Assembly: GCA_038065275.1 (NCBI GenBank)
Contig: JBBTRH010000013.1
Coordinates: 32,106-96,105 of the forward strand
Direction: 5' to 3'
Origin: Patescibacteria group bacterium
GTDB taxonomy: Bacteria; Patescibacteriota; Patescibacteriia; SBBC01; CAIJZX01
DNA: 64,000 nt
The notes under the pieces are model-generated. The model made no database searches and was not told where the DNA came from. It was given only the letters and a program-made list of their open reading frames with translations. Made by a program: the position numbers and the translations under genes. Shown here piece after piece: positions 1-9,930 of this stretch. Position 1 is the first letter of the stretch. The number at the start of each line of letters is the position of its first letter.

Positions 1-16
1 CTATGGTCCGGTGCGA

Positions 17-637
17 TCATCCGCCGCAACTGGCCGGCACTTCCCGCAGGATCGTCTGGAAACTCCTCCGTCCCCGGAAAACCTGGCCGATATACGTCGG
101 GAGTGAACTGCGTTGACGATGCCAGTGTCCGGGCGAGACGGAGAAGAGAATGCTTGAAGAAAATATCTTCTGATCAATGTCGATCTTCTCTTTTTCGAAA
201 TCTCCGGACAGTATCAGCCGCCGATGCGATTTTACCACGGCCCACAATTGAGGCGTCAACGTGTCTTCAACATTCACAATTACCACCGCGCGCTGATTCC
301 AATCTTTCAACGCGCGAAGTGACGTCAAAGGGTCAGTCCCGCGGCGCTTCAACAGCGTCACCAATTGCATCTCTTCCAACACGGCGGCCGCTTGACGGCT
401 GACCCGGCTGAAGTGAGCCGCGGATGGCTTGAGCTGGAGTTCGCTTTGCAACGCGCGGATCGCCTCCCCGGCGGCGCAGATGAAGACCACCCGTTCCCCG
501 CGGCGAATCAGTTCCGCGGTCAGGGCGACGGTAAAAAACGCCGCGCCTGATTTTGACGCGCCGTGGATGAGTAGTGGCCAATCGGAGTCGCTGAAGACCG
601 CCGGCTGGTCTGTCTCGGCGTCAACGGGGATCCACAT
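17..637 (-). CDS. Hypothetical protein with degenerate P-loop-like motif
   Basis: 206-aa ORF; LIHGASKSGAAFF followed by GERVVFI resembles a decayed Walker A region. Confidence 0.6.
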   Translation of the reverse strand: MWIPVDAETDQPAVFSDSDWPLLIHGASKSGAAFFTVALTAELIRRGERVVFICAAGEAIRALQSELQLKPSAAHFSRVSRQAAAVLEEMQLVTLLKRRGTDPLTSLRALKDWNQRAVVIVNVEDTLTPQLWAVVKSHRRLILSGDFEKEKIDIDQKIFSSSILFSVSPGHWHRQRSSLPTYIGQVFRGRRSFQTILREVPASCGG

Positions 638-662
638 CCGGTCCTAGGTTTGATATACTAGT

Positions 663-681
663 CATAACGTTTATCATTATA
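663..681. promoter_or_regulatory. Fur/PerR-like box upstream of sodA
   Basis: Minus strand TATAATGATAAACGTTATG matches 15/19 of the classical Fur box GATAATGATAATCATTATC; ends 10 nt before the sodA ATG. Confidence 0.5.
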
Positions 682-691
682 TCATCTGCCA

Positions 692-1276
692 ATGAAATAC
701 ACCCTCCCCCAGCTTCCCTACGCCAACGACGCCCTGGAGCCGTTTATCGACGCCAAGACGATGGAGATTCACCACGCCAAGCATCACCAAGCCTACATCG
801 ACAAGCTCAACGCCGTGCTGGACAAGCACCCCGACCTGATCGATACGCCGCTGGAACAACTACTGTCGAAACTGGAAACACTATCTATCCCTGACGCTGA
901 CAAGAAGGCAATCCGCAACCACGGCGGCGGGCACCTTAACCATTCTCTCTTCTGGACGATCATGGGTCCGACCAAAGAGGTTGACCTGCAACTTACAACT
1001 GAAATCCAGGAAACATTCGGCTCGCTGGAGGATTTCAAAAAACAATTCACCGACCAGACCGCGGCCATCTTCGGTAGCGGCTGGATGTGGCTCGTCCGCA
1101 ATAGTGACGGCAAACTGGAAATATATTCGACGCCCAACCAGGATTCACCGCTGATGAAGGGCGACGAACCCATCATCGGGCTGGACGTCTGGGAACACGC
1201 CTACTATCTCAAGTACCAAAACCGGCGACCGGAGTATATTCAGGCCTGGTGGTCGGTACTGAAACTTCTTCCATAA
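692..1276 (+). CDS. sodA: Fe/Mn superoxide dismutase
   Basis: LPYANDALEP, HHAKHH, NHGGGHLNH, FGSGW and DVWEHAYYLKYQNRR motifs. Confidence 0.97.
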   Translation: MKYTLPQLPYANDALEPFIDAKTMEIHHAKHHQAYIDKLNAVLDKHPDLIDTPLEQLLSKLETLSIPDADKKAIRNHGGGHLNHSLFWTIMGPTKEVDLQLTTEIQETFGSLEDFKKQFTDQTAAIFGSGWMWLVRNSDGKLEIYSTPNQDSPLMKGDEPIIGLDVWEHAYYLKYQNRRPEYIQAWWSVLKLLP

Positions 1277-1416
1277 ATAAGTGCGGCTGGCCCCGCACCG
1301 GATTCCGAGCGAAGTCGAGGGAGACTGGTGTGGGTGGAACGTCTTAAAACTACTGCCACAACCTAAGCCGAGGCGCTAGTGGTACAAAACGTTATGTTTT
1401 GTGTCGCCGCTCCGGC

Positions 1417-2565
1417 CTACCGTAGCTCGTACGCCGGGGCGTATCCGGTCGCTGTTATTTGCGGTCGAATACGGTACATCGATTGGGTAATATCTACCAC
1501 CGCACACCCTGGGGCGGAAGATGAATTTTTCCGACTATTCAAGGTAATGTTGTTTTGGGTGTTGGCCTTGCAAACCGTACCGCTTCCATACGGACTAGTA
1601 CCGCCAAGAACATATTCGAAGTCACCGTTGCATCCGTCTGTATAATAGCTAGTACAATCATTAACTGCTCCGCTCGTGCATCGACTAATCGGATCGTACC
1701 CGTTTGGACAATAGGTTGCCGTTGATGCGGTATAGACGAGTACGCAGTCGACAAACGGCGCGGGTGATGAAGCCTTATCGAAACAGTACTTGGCAGTCGC
1801 AAGTTTTTGATCGTTAGTCCCAGCGCCTGAAACATCGACGGAGTAGAGATACTGCCCAAGACATTCATCCGAGTTCGCCTTACACACTTGGACTTGCCAG
1901 ATGCCCTTGCTCCGGTTACCCAAAACGATGGAATCGGTAACATTCACCTTCCCACTAAAATATCCCGCCCAGCCTGCCCCGGCTTGCTGGCCGTAGACAG
2001 CGGAGTTATCACCATTAGCATAAGCCGCAATGGCATCGCCGCTACTGCCGGTGCCGGCCAGATTATTGTTGACCACCAGCTTACCGGCCGGGGCAGTAAC
2101 GCCGCCGATCCCGATATTGCCGCCGTTCTTAGCCAGGATGAGGTTGCGCCAGGCAACGGACTCTTCGACCGCGCCGATCTCGGCGTAGGCGGGAGAGGCC
2201 TCGGAATGAATCCCAAGGTTGAGCTTCAGATTCTGGTTGGTGTAACCCTGGATAACCAGTTGGGTGGCGCGGTTACTGCCGCCATTGCTGTCGGCACGAA
2301 CGAACAGTGAGTTGCTGGTGCCGGGGCGAAGGACCAGGTCGCTACTGCCGGCAATATCCCGTCCGGCGTTGCCGATTTCCATGACGCTGTCTCCGGCCAG
2401 GCCCGGGACGATGGCAATCACCCCCTGGTAGACGCTGAGCTTGGCAAACGGTATGCCGCCGGGATTGGTGATCGGGCCGGCGGAGACTAAAGCAACCGAG
2501 CCGAGAAGGCCCAGCACAACTGACGCTGATATGGTTAGGTATTTTGACTGTCGTGATGTGTTCAC
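1417..2565 (-). CDS. Secreted/membrane-anchored fibre- or adhesin-like protein with Cys-rich C-terminus
   Basis: N-terminal hydrophobic segment; N-domain shared with 2895-4334; GNIGIG and AGYFSG motifs; GTG start behind a TTGACA-16-TACGAT promoter. Confidence 0.7.
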   Translation of the reverse strand: MNTSRQSKYLTISASVVLGLLGSVALVSAGPITNPGGIPFAKLSVYQGVIAIVPGLAGDSVMEIGNAGRDIAGSSDLVLRPGTSNSLFVRADSNGGSNRATQLVIQGYTNQNLKLNLGIHSEASPAYAEIGAVEESVAWRNLILAKNGGNIGIGGVTAPAGKLVVNNNLAGTGSSGDAIAAYANGDNSAVYGQQAGAGWAGYFSGKVNVTDSIVLGNRSKGIWQVQVCKANSDECLGQYLYSVDVSGAGTNDQKLATAKYCFDKASSPAPFVDCVLVYTASTATYCPNGYDPISRCTSGAVNDCTSYYTDGCNGDFEYVLGGTSPYGSGTVCKANTQNNITLNSRKNSSSAPGCAVVDITQSMYRIRPQITATGYAPAYELR

Positions 2566-2602
2566 TATGACTACATCGTACCCGAAAACCAGGAAATGTC
2601 AA

Positions 2603-2701
2603 CCCCGTTAGAGGTGATGGTGGCTAGCAGAAAAAAACAGGCTTATCGAGTTCATCGGCTATACCGCGGTTAGCCCTATTTCGATTTCACCTCTAACGGG
2701 G
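2603..2701. mobile_element. MITE-like element, family A (CCCGTTAGA...TCTAACGGG), copy A1
   Basis: 20-bp perfect IR including flanks, gtcaaccccgttagaggtga / tcacctctaacggggttgac; abuts a TTGACA -35 box. Confidence 0.8.
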
Positions 2702-2894
2702 TTGACTATTCCCGGAGCATCCCCAGTATAGCTTGTGTTCTCCTGACCTTGACTAAAAAAATCGGTTTATTTACAAAGACAGGTGCCGCTGGTGATGGTC
2801 GTGCCGCAAGCGACGACCGAGGTGCCGCTGACGCCGAATAGATTTAATGGCGCAGATTATCGATCTCGGACGATCACGAACACGAGCGCCCGTG

Positions 2895-4334
2895 CTACAT
2901 ACACAAACAGTAGCGGGAGCCGACCTGATTTGCGCAAGTGGTGGACACTGACGCTTTTATCCAAGCGCCGATACATATTTGTCCAGCGGACGCGCAAGCC
3001 CCATCACAGGAACCAGAAGAAACCTCGGCACCGGTCACTATTTCGTAGGCGCCTGCTGTATTGCCTTTGGTGGTTCGGCCGACGAACCTCGCGGCAAAAT
3101 TATTACCGCCAGCTCCCGTGCCCTGCTGAACATAGAGCCCGTAAGTTGTTTGCCCCGTGGTCGCGTTCCCACCCTGTGCTTCAATGGCGGCCGGACCATT
3201 TGCCCATAAACCACTGCCCTCATTTGATCCATTGGCTGTGATCGCTGTACCCTTATTGAGAACATTATTGTTGTTATTTACCACCTCCAATGTCGCCCCA
3301 GACCTGCCAGCCCCGACCATTTTTGATGCGCCACTAAAATATCCGGCAAAACCTTGTGAGTTCTCCTGTTGAGCATAAATCGCCGATCCGGCGGCATTGT
3401 TATTATAAGTATCAACCGTATCTAAAACATTCCCGCCGTAACTAGCTGGACTAATGCCTCGCATCACTACAATTTCCGCCTGCGGCCAGACATTTGTCGG
3501 ACCACCCAAACTGACTGGCATTCCGGAAATATTACCGGCTGTTAGCACTTGCTGTAATGTCGGCGTAGCGCCCCCCGGGGGCCAAGAAGAATTACACACG
3601 CCACTTAGACAGAGCGATCCGACCGTCAGTTCGCCGGGGATATTTACTTTACCATTGGTGGAATCAATGGTGAGCCGTTCAAAATTATCATTAAAAATTC
3701 TGAAGTATTTATCGTTACTGTCAATTCTCCAGTCAAGAGTTCCGCCCGTGCCTTTTTGGATGGTCATTTCTCCGCCCTCAATACTGGCTGGAACTGCCGC
3801 GGTTAGCGTCAGGTAATTAGCTGTCAGTTGAGCGGTGTTGTTAAGTATTATGCTGGTAGTCGATGTATTGCCGGTGTCAAGTACTTGTTGGAGGTTTTGA
3901 GAACCCGCCCCCCCGCCTGGCCAGACATTGCGGCAGTCCGCGCCAATACATAGACGGCCGCCTTTAACGTCCCCAACTGTTTCTATTTTACCCGGGATGT
4001 TTAGGCTAGTAACCAGACCGTCTTTATAGAACTTGGCGTAGTTAACTGCCCCGGTATCCAACGATCCCGGCCGCAGGTAGATATCCCCGGTACTGGCGAC
4101 ATCCCGTCCGGCATTACCAATCTCCATCACCGCCGAGCCGTCGGCGGGCACAACCGCGATCACCCCCTGGTACACGCCGAGCTTGGTAAACGGCTGGTTG
4201 CCGGAACCGCCGGTGATCGGGCCGGCCACTACCGGCTGGACGGCGAAAAATATGGCCGCGGCCGCTAAGGAAGCCAGCGCCGCATTTCGGAAAATTCCGG
4301 TTTTTCGCTTTGTCTTAGCCGTAGCCATACGCAT
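2895..4334 (-). CDS. Secreted fibre/adhesin-like protein, paralog of 1417-2565
   Basis: Signal-like N-terminus; shared GPIT..PFxKLxVYQGVIA..VMEIGNAGRD..LRPG domain; two internal LCxxxxCxxxWPxGG..LQQVLxxGN repeats; C-terminal CLC. Confidence 0.75.
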   Translation of the reverse strand: MRMATAKTKRKTGIFRNAALASLAAAAIFFAVQPVVAGPITGGSGNQPFTKLGVYQGVIAVVPADGSAVMEIGNAGRDVASTGDIYLRPGSLDTGAVNYAKFYKDGLVTSLNIPGKIETVGDVKGGRLCIGADCRNVWPGGGAGSQNLQQVLDTGNTSTTSIILNNTAQLTANYLTLTAAVPASIEGGEMTIQKGTGGTLDWRIDSNDKYFRIFNDNFERLTIDSTNGKVNIPGELTVGSLCLSGVCNSSWPPGGATPTLQQVLTAGNISGMPVSLGGPTNVWPQAEIVVMRGISPASYGGNVLDTVDTYNNNAAGSAIYAQQENSQGFAGYFSGASKMVGAGRSGATLEVVNNNNNVLNKGTAITANGSNEGSGLWANGPAAIEAQGGNATTGQTTYGLYVQQGTGAGGNNFAARFVGRTTKGNTAGAYEIVTGAEVSSGSCDGACASAGQICIGAWIKASVSTTCANQVGSRYCLCM

Positions 4335-4437
4335 ACTGCAGTATACACGATTTCGGCCCGGGTGCTAACCAACGATAGTTGACGGTGTTTGGACTGTCAT
4401 ACCGCCGGGGCCGCGGACCCCGACCCGCCGGCCGGCC

Positions 4438-4698
4438 CTATAGTTCCGGTTCCTGGGATGAAGATTGATCCCGAAAGATGCCGAAATTTTCCAGCGCCCC
4501 GTATTTTTTCTCAAGTTGCCGCGCCGTCGGTTCCTCCGATCCAAGCAGGTCCGTCCGTAGCCAAATTTGATGCAACTCGACGTACCGGCTGGCGTCCTCG
4601 TTAGACCACCCCTGCGATTCTAACCAGCGGATCCGCTGGAACACGGATTCGGCTTCCTGTTGCTGACGCTGGCGGCGTTCTTCGGAGTCCTCGGGCAT
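4438..4698 (-). CDS. Hypothetical protein
   Basis: 86-aa ORF with TATACT-7nt-ATG leaderless-type start. Confidence 0.55.
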   Translation of the reverse strand: MPEDSEERRQRQQQEAESVFQRIRWLESQGWSNEDASRYVELHQIWLRTDLLGSEEPTARQLEKKYGALENFGIFRDQSSSQEPEL

Positions 4699-4714
4699 AG
4701 TGAGCAGTATAGCA

Positions 4715-5086
4715 CTAGTGATGACCGATCGCTTGCTGGACCGCTTCCAGCGGCAGGGTAGCGCACCTCAGCCGCGCCGGATTGACTTCGACGCCGAGTA
4801 TGGCCAGGATATCGTCGTTGGTCAGCTTGGCGATTTCTGATCGGTTCAAGTTTTTCAACTTCTCGCTCAACATCGAGGCCGACGCCATCGTAATGGTGCA
4901 CCCGCGTCCAGTGAATTTTACATCGCTCACGTTGTCATCGGCGTCAAACACTAAATAAAAATCTAGCTCATCTCCGCATAGCGGGTTGGCCGCGTGGGCT
5001 TTAGCTTGAGCGTCAGGCAACTCCCCGAAATTACGAGGGTGTTTGTAGTGATCTAGTATATTTTGTTGGTACATTTCGAGACTCAT
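4715..5086 (-). CDS. sufU: SufU/NifU-type Fe-S scaffold
   Basis: YQQNILDHYKHPRNFG, NPLCGD, GCTITMASAS, RLRCATL. Confidence 0.95.
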   Translation of the reverse strand: MSLEMYQQNILDHYKHPRNFGELPDAQAKAHAANPLCGDELDFYLVFDADDNVSDVKFTGRGCTITMASASMLSEKLKNLNRSEIAKLTNDDILAILGVEVNPARLRCATLPLEAVQQAIGHH

Positions 5087-6408
5087 GCGAACACCTCTTG
5101 AATTTTTTTAATCCCTCGCACCAACGCGTCAATATCTTCCTTGGTGTTGTAAAGGTAGCATGACGCCCGCGCCGTGGCTACCAATCCGAACTTTTGGTGG
5201 AGCGGCATGGCGCAGTGGTGCCCGGCCCGGACAGCGACCCCCTGCTCGTCCAGGATCGAGCCGATGTCGTGGGGGTGAACCCCGTCAATCGTGAAAGCGA
5301 AGATAGCGCCTCTTCCCTTCCCCTGCTCCCCTTCGGCAAGCTCAGGGTCGCCGCCCCCTTTCGAATTCGGAAGGGGGCTGTCCGTAGGACTGGGGGAAGG
5401 GGTTAGAACCCCAAGCACAGCAACGCCAGGAATCTTTCCAAGCTGCTCCAGCCCATACCGCGTCAATTCCTGCTCATGTTTCCATACATTCTCCATCCCC
5501 AAGTTCGATAAGTAATCCACCGCCGCCCCTAACCCAATCGTTCCGGCAATATTCGGCGTGCCCGCTTCAAATTTCCACGGCAACTCGTTCCATGTCGCTT
5601 TCTCTTTCGTCACTTCCAGAATCATGTCTCCGCCGCGCTGATACGGTTCCATCTGTTCTAACAGTTCCTGCTTGGCGTAGAGCACGCCGATGCCGGTCGG
5701 CCCGAGCATTTTATGTCCGGAGAAAACCAGAAAATCAGCGTCGAGATCTTGGACATCAACCGGCATGTGCGGCACGGATTGCGCGGCATCAACGAGGATC
5801 TTCGCGCCGACCGCGTGCGCTTTGCGCGCCAGCGTTTTGACATCGTTCACGGTGCCCAACACATTCGACATCTGCGTCACCGCTACCAGTTTTACGCCTT
5901 TAAGCAAATCATCAATGTTTGAGAGGTCGAGTTGGCCGTCATCAGTGATGGGGATCCAGCGTATTAAGCCGGCCCCCTCCTCAGTCGAGGAGGGGCGAGG
6001 GGGTGGTGTTGCCAAACCTTGGGCAACCGCAAACCACGGCACAATGTTCGCGTGGTGTTCCATTTCGGACAACAGAATTATATCCCCCGACTTCAGCGTT
6101 TTCCCAAAGCTGTCTGCCACCAAGTTGATTGCTTCGGTCGTCCCGCGGACAAACACAATTTCTTTGGTGGACTTGGCGTTGATGAATTTGCGGATTTTCT
6201 CGCGTGCTCCTTCGTACGCATCCGTGGCTTTCACCGATAATTCGTAGACGCCGCGGTGGACGTTCACACCATATCGTTCGTAATATTCCCGCTCGGCGTC
6301 AATGACCTGTTTTGGTTTCAATGACGTCGCGGCCGAATCTAAATACACCAATTTCGGATGGTGACCGAAAATGGGGAAGTCTTTTTTCAAGTCGGCAATG
6401 TCAAACAT
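5083..6408 (-). CDS. sufS: Cysteine desulfurase SufS, with two in-frame palindromic insertions
   Basis: YLDSAATS, EMEHHANIVPW, FSGHKMLGPTG, RAGHHCAMP; start taken at MFDIADLKKDFP. Confidence 0.95.
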   Translation of the reverse strand: MFDIADLKKDFPIFGHHPKLVYLDSAATSLKPKQVIDAEREYYERYGVNVHRGVYELSVKATDAYEGAREKIRKFINAKSTKEIVFVRGTTEAINLVADSFGKTLKSGDIILLSEMEHHANIVPWFAVAQGLATPPPRPSSTEEGAGLIRWIPITDDGQLDLSNIDDLLKGVKLVAVTQMSNVLGTVNDVKTLARKAHAVGAKILVDAAQSVPHMPVDVQDLDADFLVFSGHKMLGPTGIGVLYAKQELLEQMEPYQRGGDMILEVTKEKATWNELPWKFEAGTPNIAGTIGLGAAVDYLSNLGMENVWKHEQELTRYGLEQLGKIPGVAVLGVLTPSPSPTDSPLPNSKGGGDPELAEGEQGKGRGAIFAFTIDGVHPHDIGSILDEQGVAVRAGHHCAMPLHQKFGLVATARASCYLYNTKEDIDALVRGIKKIQEVFA

Positions 6409-6410
6409 GA

Positions 6411-6803
6411 TTAGATTTTCATCATCCGACGACAGTTTTTGTGTCCGCAGCGGCATCGCACATCTTCGCCAAAGGCCATTTCGTATCCATAATCACTCGT
6501 GATCTCCTCGCCTTTGCAAATGGTCCGAATCGCGCGATCACCCATCCAGCGTCGATCAATGTGCGTATTGGGAAGGCAGGAATGGTTGATGAATCTAGCC
6601 GGAGGAGCATAGAGAATGTACCGGCCACGAGTAAACGCTGAAACATAGGTCTGTTCTTTTCTGGACAGTTTCTTTACCTCCGCGAGAGTTAATATTTTCG
6701 CGCCGATCCAGTGTAAAACAATTTCACCCTTACGAAAACTACGGTTAGCAAACGCGCCCTGTCCATGAATCTTTGACTTCTTCACCACGACGTCGGCGTT
6801 CAT
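6411..6803 (-). CDS. SET-domain protein (lysine methyltransferase-like)
   Basis: SKIHGQGAFA, RFINHSCLPN, GEEITSDY and post-SET CRCGHKNCR. Confidence 0.9.
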   Translation of the reverse strand: MNADVVVKKSKIHGQGAFANRSFRKGEIVLHWIGAKILTLAEVKKLSRKEQTYVSAFTRGRYILYAPPARFINHSCLPNTHIDRRWMGDRAIRTICKGEEITSDYGYEMAFGEDVRCRCGHKNCRRMMKI

Positions 6804-7483
6804 ACCAGAGAAAACTTATTTTTCATCACGTCAATAATTCTGGTTTGCCATATTATATCAAGTTTCGAAAGAATAGCGGTAACGAACCCCTGTACAATCA
6901 TCGCCTCCGCCTGTGCCTCCGACAGCCCCCGCGACATCAAATAAAATTTCTGGGCTGGGTCAACGGGCTTGGCCGTGGCTCCGTGGCTGGCTTTGACTTC
7001 ATTGGCTTCAATTTCCAGGCCAGGAATTGCCTTGGCTTTCGCGTCGGCGGATAATAGGAGAGAATCTTGCTGGAGGAAATCATTACTATTCTGCGCGTTT
7101 TTCAGGATTTTAATCATGCCGTTGAATTCCAGCGATGACTTTCCAGCCAGCACTGCCTTGAACTCGGTTCGTCCCCGAGTATTCGGCGCGGCATGGGTAG
7201 TGTCGAGTTTGAGATTGAGCACATCATCCCCACGGCCGAGAAACAATCCGATAATATCCACCTCCGCGCCCTCGCCCGCTAGAACAATTTCACGATGACG
7301 GCGTTCGGGTAATGACAACAAAACTGGCACGATGTACAAGAGCTTCTGACCGGCTTCAACCGTTATTCGCTTGATAGGTTCGGTCAGGATGTCGACGAAC
7401 GAACTCAGCCTCGTCCTCTCCTCCGATGAGGAGGGGTGGATTGCCGCCTGGCGAGACGGGGTGGTCCAAAAAGCTGTGTTCAT
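6800..7483 (-). CDS. sufD: SufD-family Fe-S assembly protein (short)
   Basis: [33 protein letters not shown]. Confidence 0.9.
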   Translation of the reverse strand: MNTAFWTTPSRQAAIHPSSSEERTRLSSFVDILTEPIKRITVEAGQKLLYIVPVLLSLPERRHREIVLAGEGAEVDIIGLFLGRGDDVLNLKLDTTHAAPNTRGRTEFKAVLAGKSSLEFNGMIKILKNAQNSNDFLQQDSLLLSADAKAKAIPGLEIEANEVKASHGATAKPVDPAQKFYLMSRGLSEAQAEAMIVQGFVTAILSKLDIIWQTRIIDVMKNKFSLV

Positions 7484-8889
7484 CCAACCGACCCTTCCAT
7501 TTCCAACTGAATTAACTTATTTAACTCCACTGCATACTCAAGCGGTAATTCCTTCACGATGGGTTCTATGAATCCACTCACAATCAAACCCGTCGCCGTC
7601 GGCTCGTCCAATCCGCGCGACATCAAGTAGAACAACTGTTCCTCCCCGACTTTCGAAACCGTCGCCTCGTGACCGAGCGTCACTTCCTTAGCTCGAATCT
7701 TCATGGTCGGGTACGTATCAGATCGTGATTTGTCATCAAGAATTAGCGCATCGCACTTCACATTCGACTTTGACCCCTTCGCATTTGGCGCCATGTGCAC
7801 TAGGCCGCGATATGAAGTTCGGCCACCGTCTTTGCAAATAGACTTTGAGGTAATGATCGACGATGTTTCCGGCGCGTTGTGAATCGCTTTGCCGCCAGCG
7901 TCTTGGTGTTGGCCCGCGCCGGCGAAAGCGATTGACAATACTTCACCATGTGCTTTCCGGCCGACGAGATACACACTCGGATATTTCATCGTCACCCGCG
8001 AACCTAAATTGCCGTCAATCCACTCCATCGTTGCCTCTTCTTCGACCCGCGCCCGCTTCGTCACGAGATTATACACGTCGCGCGACCAATTCTGAATCGT
8101 GGTGTAGCGCACGCGCGCGCCCTTAGCCACGAAGATTTCCACGACTGCCGCGTGCAGTGAGTCGCTGGCATACACCGGCGCGGTGCAACCTTCCACGTAA
8201 TGTACGTACGAGCCTTCCTCGGCAATAATCAGCGTCCGCTCAAACTGGCCCATGTTCTTGGCGTTGATGCGGAAGTAGGCTTGGAGCGGCATCTCGACGC
8301 GGACGCCCTGCGGTACGTACACGAACGACCCGCCGGACCAGACCGCACTGTTGAGCGCCGCGAATTTGTTATCATTGGGCGGAATGAGCGCGCCGAAATG
8401 TTTTTTCACGATGTCCGGATAGTCACGAAGCGCCGTGTCCATGTCCGTAAAAATTACGCCCTGCTTACTTAATGAACTAATTAACGAATGATAAATAACC
8501 TCACTATCATACTGCGCCCCGACGCCAGCCAGCCACTTTTTTTCTGCTTCAGGAATTCCTAAACGATCAAAGGTAGCTTTCATTGATTCCGGTACATCAT
8601 CCCACGTCCGTCCCTGCTCGACCACGGGTTTCATGTAATAATATATTTCGTCGAAGTCGATGTGCGACAGGTCGGCTCCCCACAACGGCATCTGTTTTTT
8701 CTTGAACACATTGTACGCCTGCAACCGCTTCTCGGTCATCCAGCCCGGCTCTTTCTTCCACAGCGAAATCGCTTTGACCACGTCTTCGTTCAATCCCCGC
8801 GGCGTCTGGCCGACTGACACGTTGGGCATGCTGAAGCCCCACCGGTAGGTGTCGAGGGATTTGGTTACTTGTTGGGCTTTAGTGGACAT
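7480..8889 (-). CDS. sufB: Fe-S cluster assembly protein SufB
   Basis: [37 protein letters not shown]. Confidence 0.97.
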   Translation of the reverse strand: MSTKAQQVTKSLDTYRWGFSMPNVSVGQTPRGLNEDVVKAISLWKKEPGWMTEKRLQAYNVFKKKQMPLWGADLSHIDFDEIYYYMKPVVEQGRTWDDVPESMKATFDRLGIPEAEKKWLAGVGAQYDSEVIYHSLISSLSKQGVIFTDMDTALRDYPDIVKKHFGALIPPNDNKFAALNSAVWSGGSFVYVPQGVRVEMPLQAYFRINAKNMGQFERTLIIAEEGSYVHYVEGCTAPVYASDSLHAAVVEIFVAKGARVRYTTIQNWSRDVYNLVTKRARVEEEATMEWIDGNLGSRVTMKYPSVYLVGRKAHGEVLSIAFAGAGQHQDAGGKAIHNAPETSSIITSKSICKDGGRTSYRGLVHMAPNAKGSKSNVKCDALILDDKSRSDTYPTMKIRAKEVTLGHEATVSKVGEEQLFYLMSRGLDEPTATGLIVSGFIEPIVKELPLEYAVELNKLIQLEMEGSVG

Positions 8890-9068
8890 TGGTTGGTGTA
8901 GAAAACATCCTTATGATAGAATCTATATAGTTGGTCTGACTTGCAATTTGGCTGCCCCGCAATGGTCGTGGTCCATGCCCGAAGGTCAGATTCATCTAGA
9001 CAGAGCTCGCCAAGTGGAGCCTCGCCAACAGGAGTTGGCGGCTCCACTTGATACCGGACGGGGCGGAA

Positions 9069-9109
9069 CCCCGCATCCGTCCCGCCAGCGGGCGGGACCG
9101 GTGCGCGGG
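9069..9109. repeat. Short palindromic repeat (ccccgcatccgtcccgcc..ggcgggac.ggtgcgcggg)
   Basis: Near-identical copy at about 63596-63646; looser relatives near 1291 and 34565. Confidence 0.65.
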
Positions 9110-9198
9110 TGAGTCACTGGTGGGGTGGTGTCCAGAGACTTTGGGGTTCCACCTTCTGCATCCCGGGCGGCAAGCGCAAGCGAACCGCCCTTCTTTTT

Positions 9199-9930
9199 TT
9201 AGATAACGAATTCATATCCTGTCTTTTCAAGCTCCATTGCCAGTTCCGGCCCGCCCGTCTTCACGATTATCCCACCAATGAGCACCTGGACGACATCGGG
9301 TTTAATGTAATTGAGTAATCGTTGGTAGTGGGTAATGATCAACATACCGCGCTCGGGACTTCGTAGCGCGTTGACTCCGTCGGCCACGATTCTCAAGGCG
9401 TCGATATCCAACCCCGAATCCGTTTCGTCAAGAATGCACATCGACGGCTGTAATATCGCCATCTGCAGAATTTCCGCCCGCTTTTTTTCGCCCCCGGAAA
9501 ATCCTTCGTTGACGCCGCGGGTGATAAAATCTTCGTTCATGCCCATGGTCTTCATCTTATCCTGCATCATCGCGAAAAACTCCGGCACGGCCATTGGTTT
9601 GGTCCGTCGAGCATTCAGCGCCGTCCGTAAAAAGTTTCCCATCGATACGCCGGCCACTTCCGGCGGGTACTGGAACGACAGGAACAGTCCAAGTTTTGAA
9701 CGGTCGTCTGGACTCATCACCAGGACATCCTGCTCTTTGTATGTCACGCTACCGCTCGTCACTTCGTATTTCGGGTGACCCATGAGGGTGGCCGCCAAGG
9801 TCGATTTCCCCGATCCGTTCGGCCCCATGATGGCGTGGACCTGGCCGGCGGGGACGGTCAATGATAAACCTTTGAGAATCTCCTTATTCTCAACAGTGAC
9901 GTTTAGATTTGTAATGACCAGCTGATTCAT
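9199..9930 (-). CDS. sufC: Fe-S assembly ATPase SufC
   Basis: GPNGSGKST, FQYPPEVAGV, FSGGEKKR, LDETDSGLDIDAL. Confidence 0.97.
   Translation of the reverse strand: MNQLVITNLNVTVENKEILKGLSLTVPAGQVHAIMGPNGSGKSTLAATLMGHPKYEVTSGSVTYKEQDVLVMSPDDRSKLGLFLSFQYPPEVAGVSMGNFLRTALNARRTKPMAVPEFFAMMQDKMKTMGMNEDFITRGVNEGFSGGEKKRAEILQMAILQPSMCILDETDSGLDIDALRIVADGVNALRSPERGMLIITHYQRLLNYIKPDVVQVLIGGIIVKTGGPELAMELEKTGYEFVI

Noticed and set aside
2767-3000. Diversity-generating retroelement TR/VR pair
   Set aside because: Nucleotide similarity is low and not adenine-specific; no reverse transcriptase in the window
4354-4440. GC-rich hairpin as SRP RNA or riboswitch
   Set aside because: No SRP domain IV or recognisable aptamer consensus; probably another palindromic repeat
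8890-9198. Gene or regulatory RNA between sufC and sufB
   Set aside because: Composed of short palindromic repeats; no credible ORF or known motif
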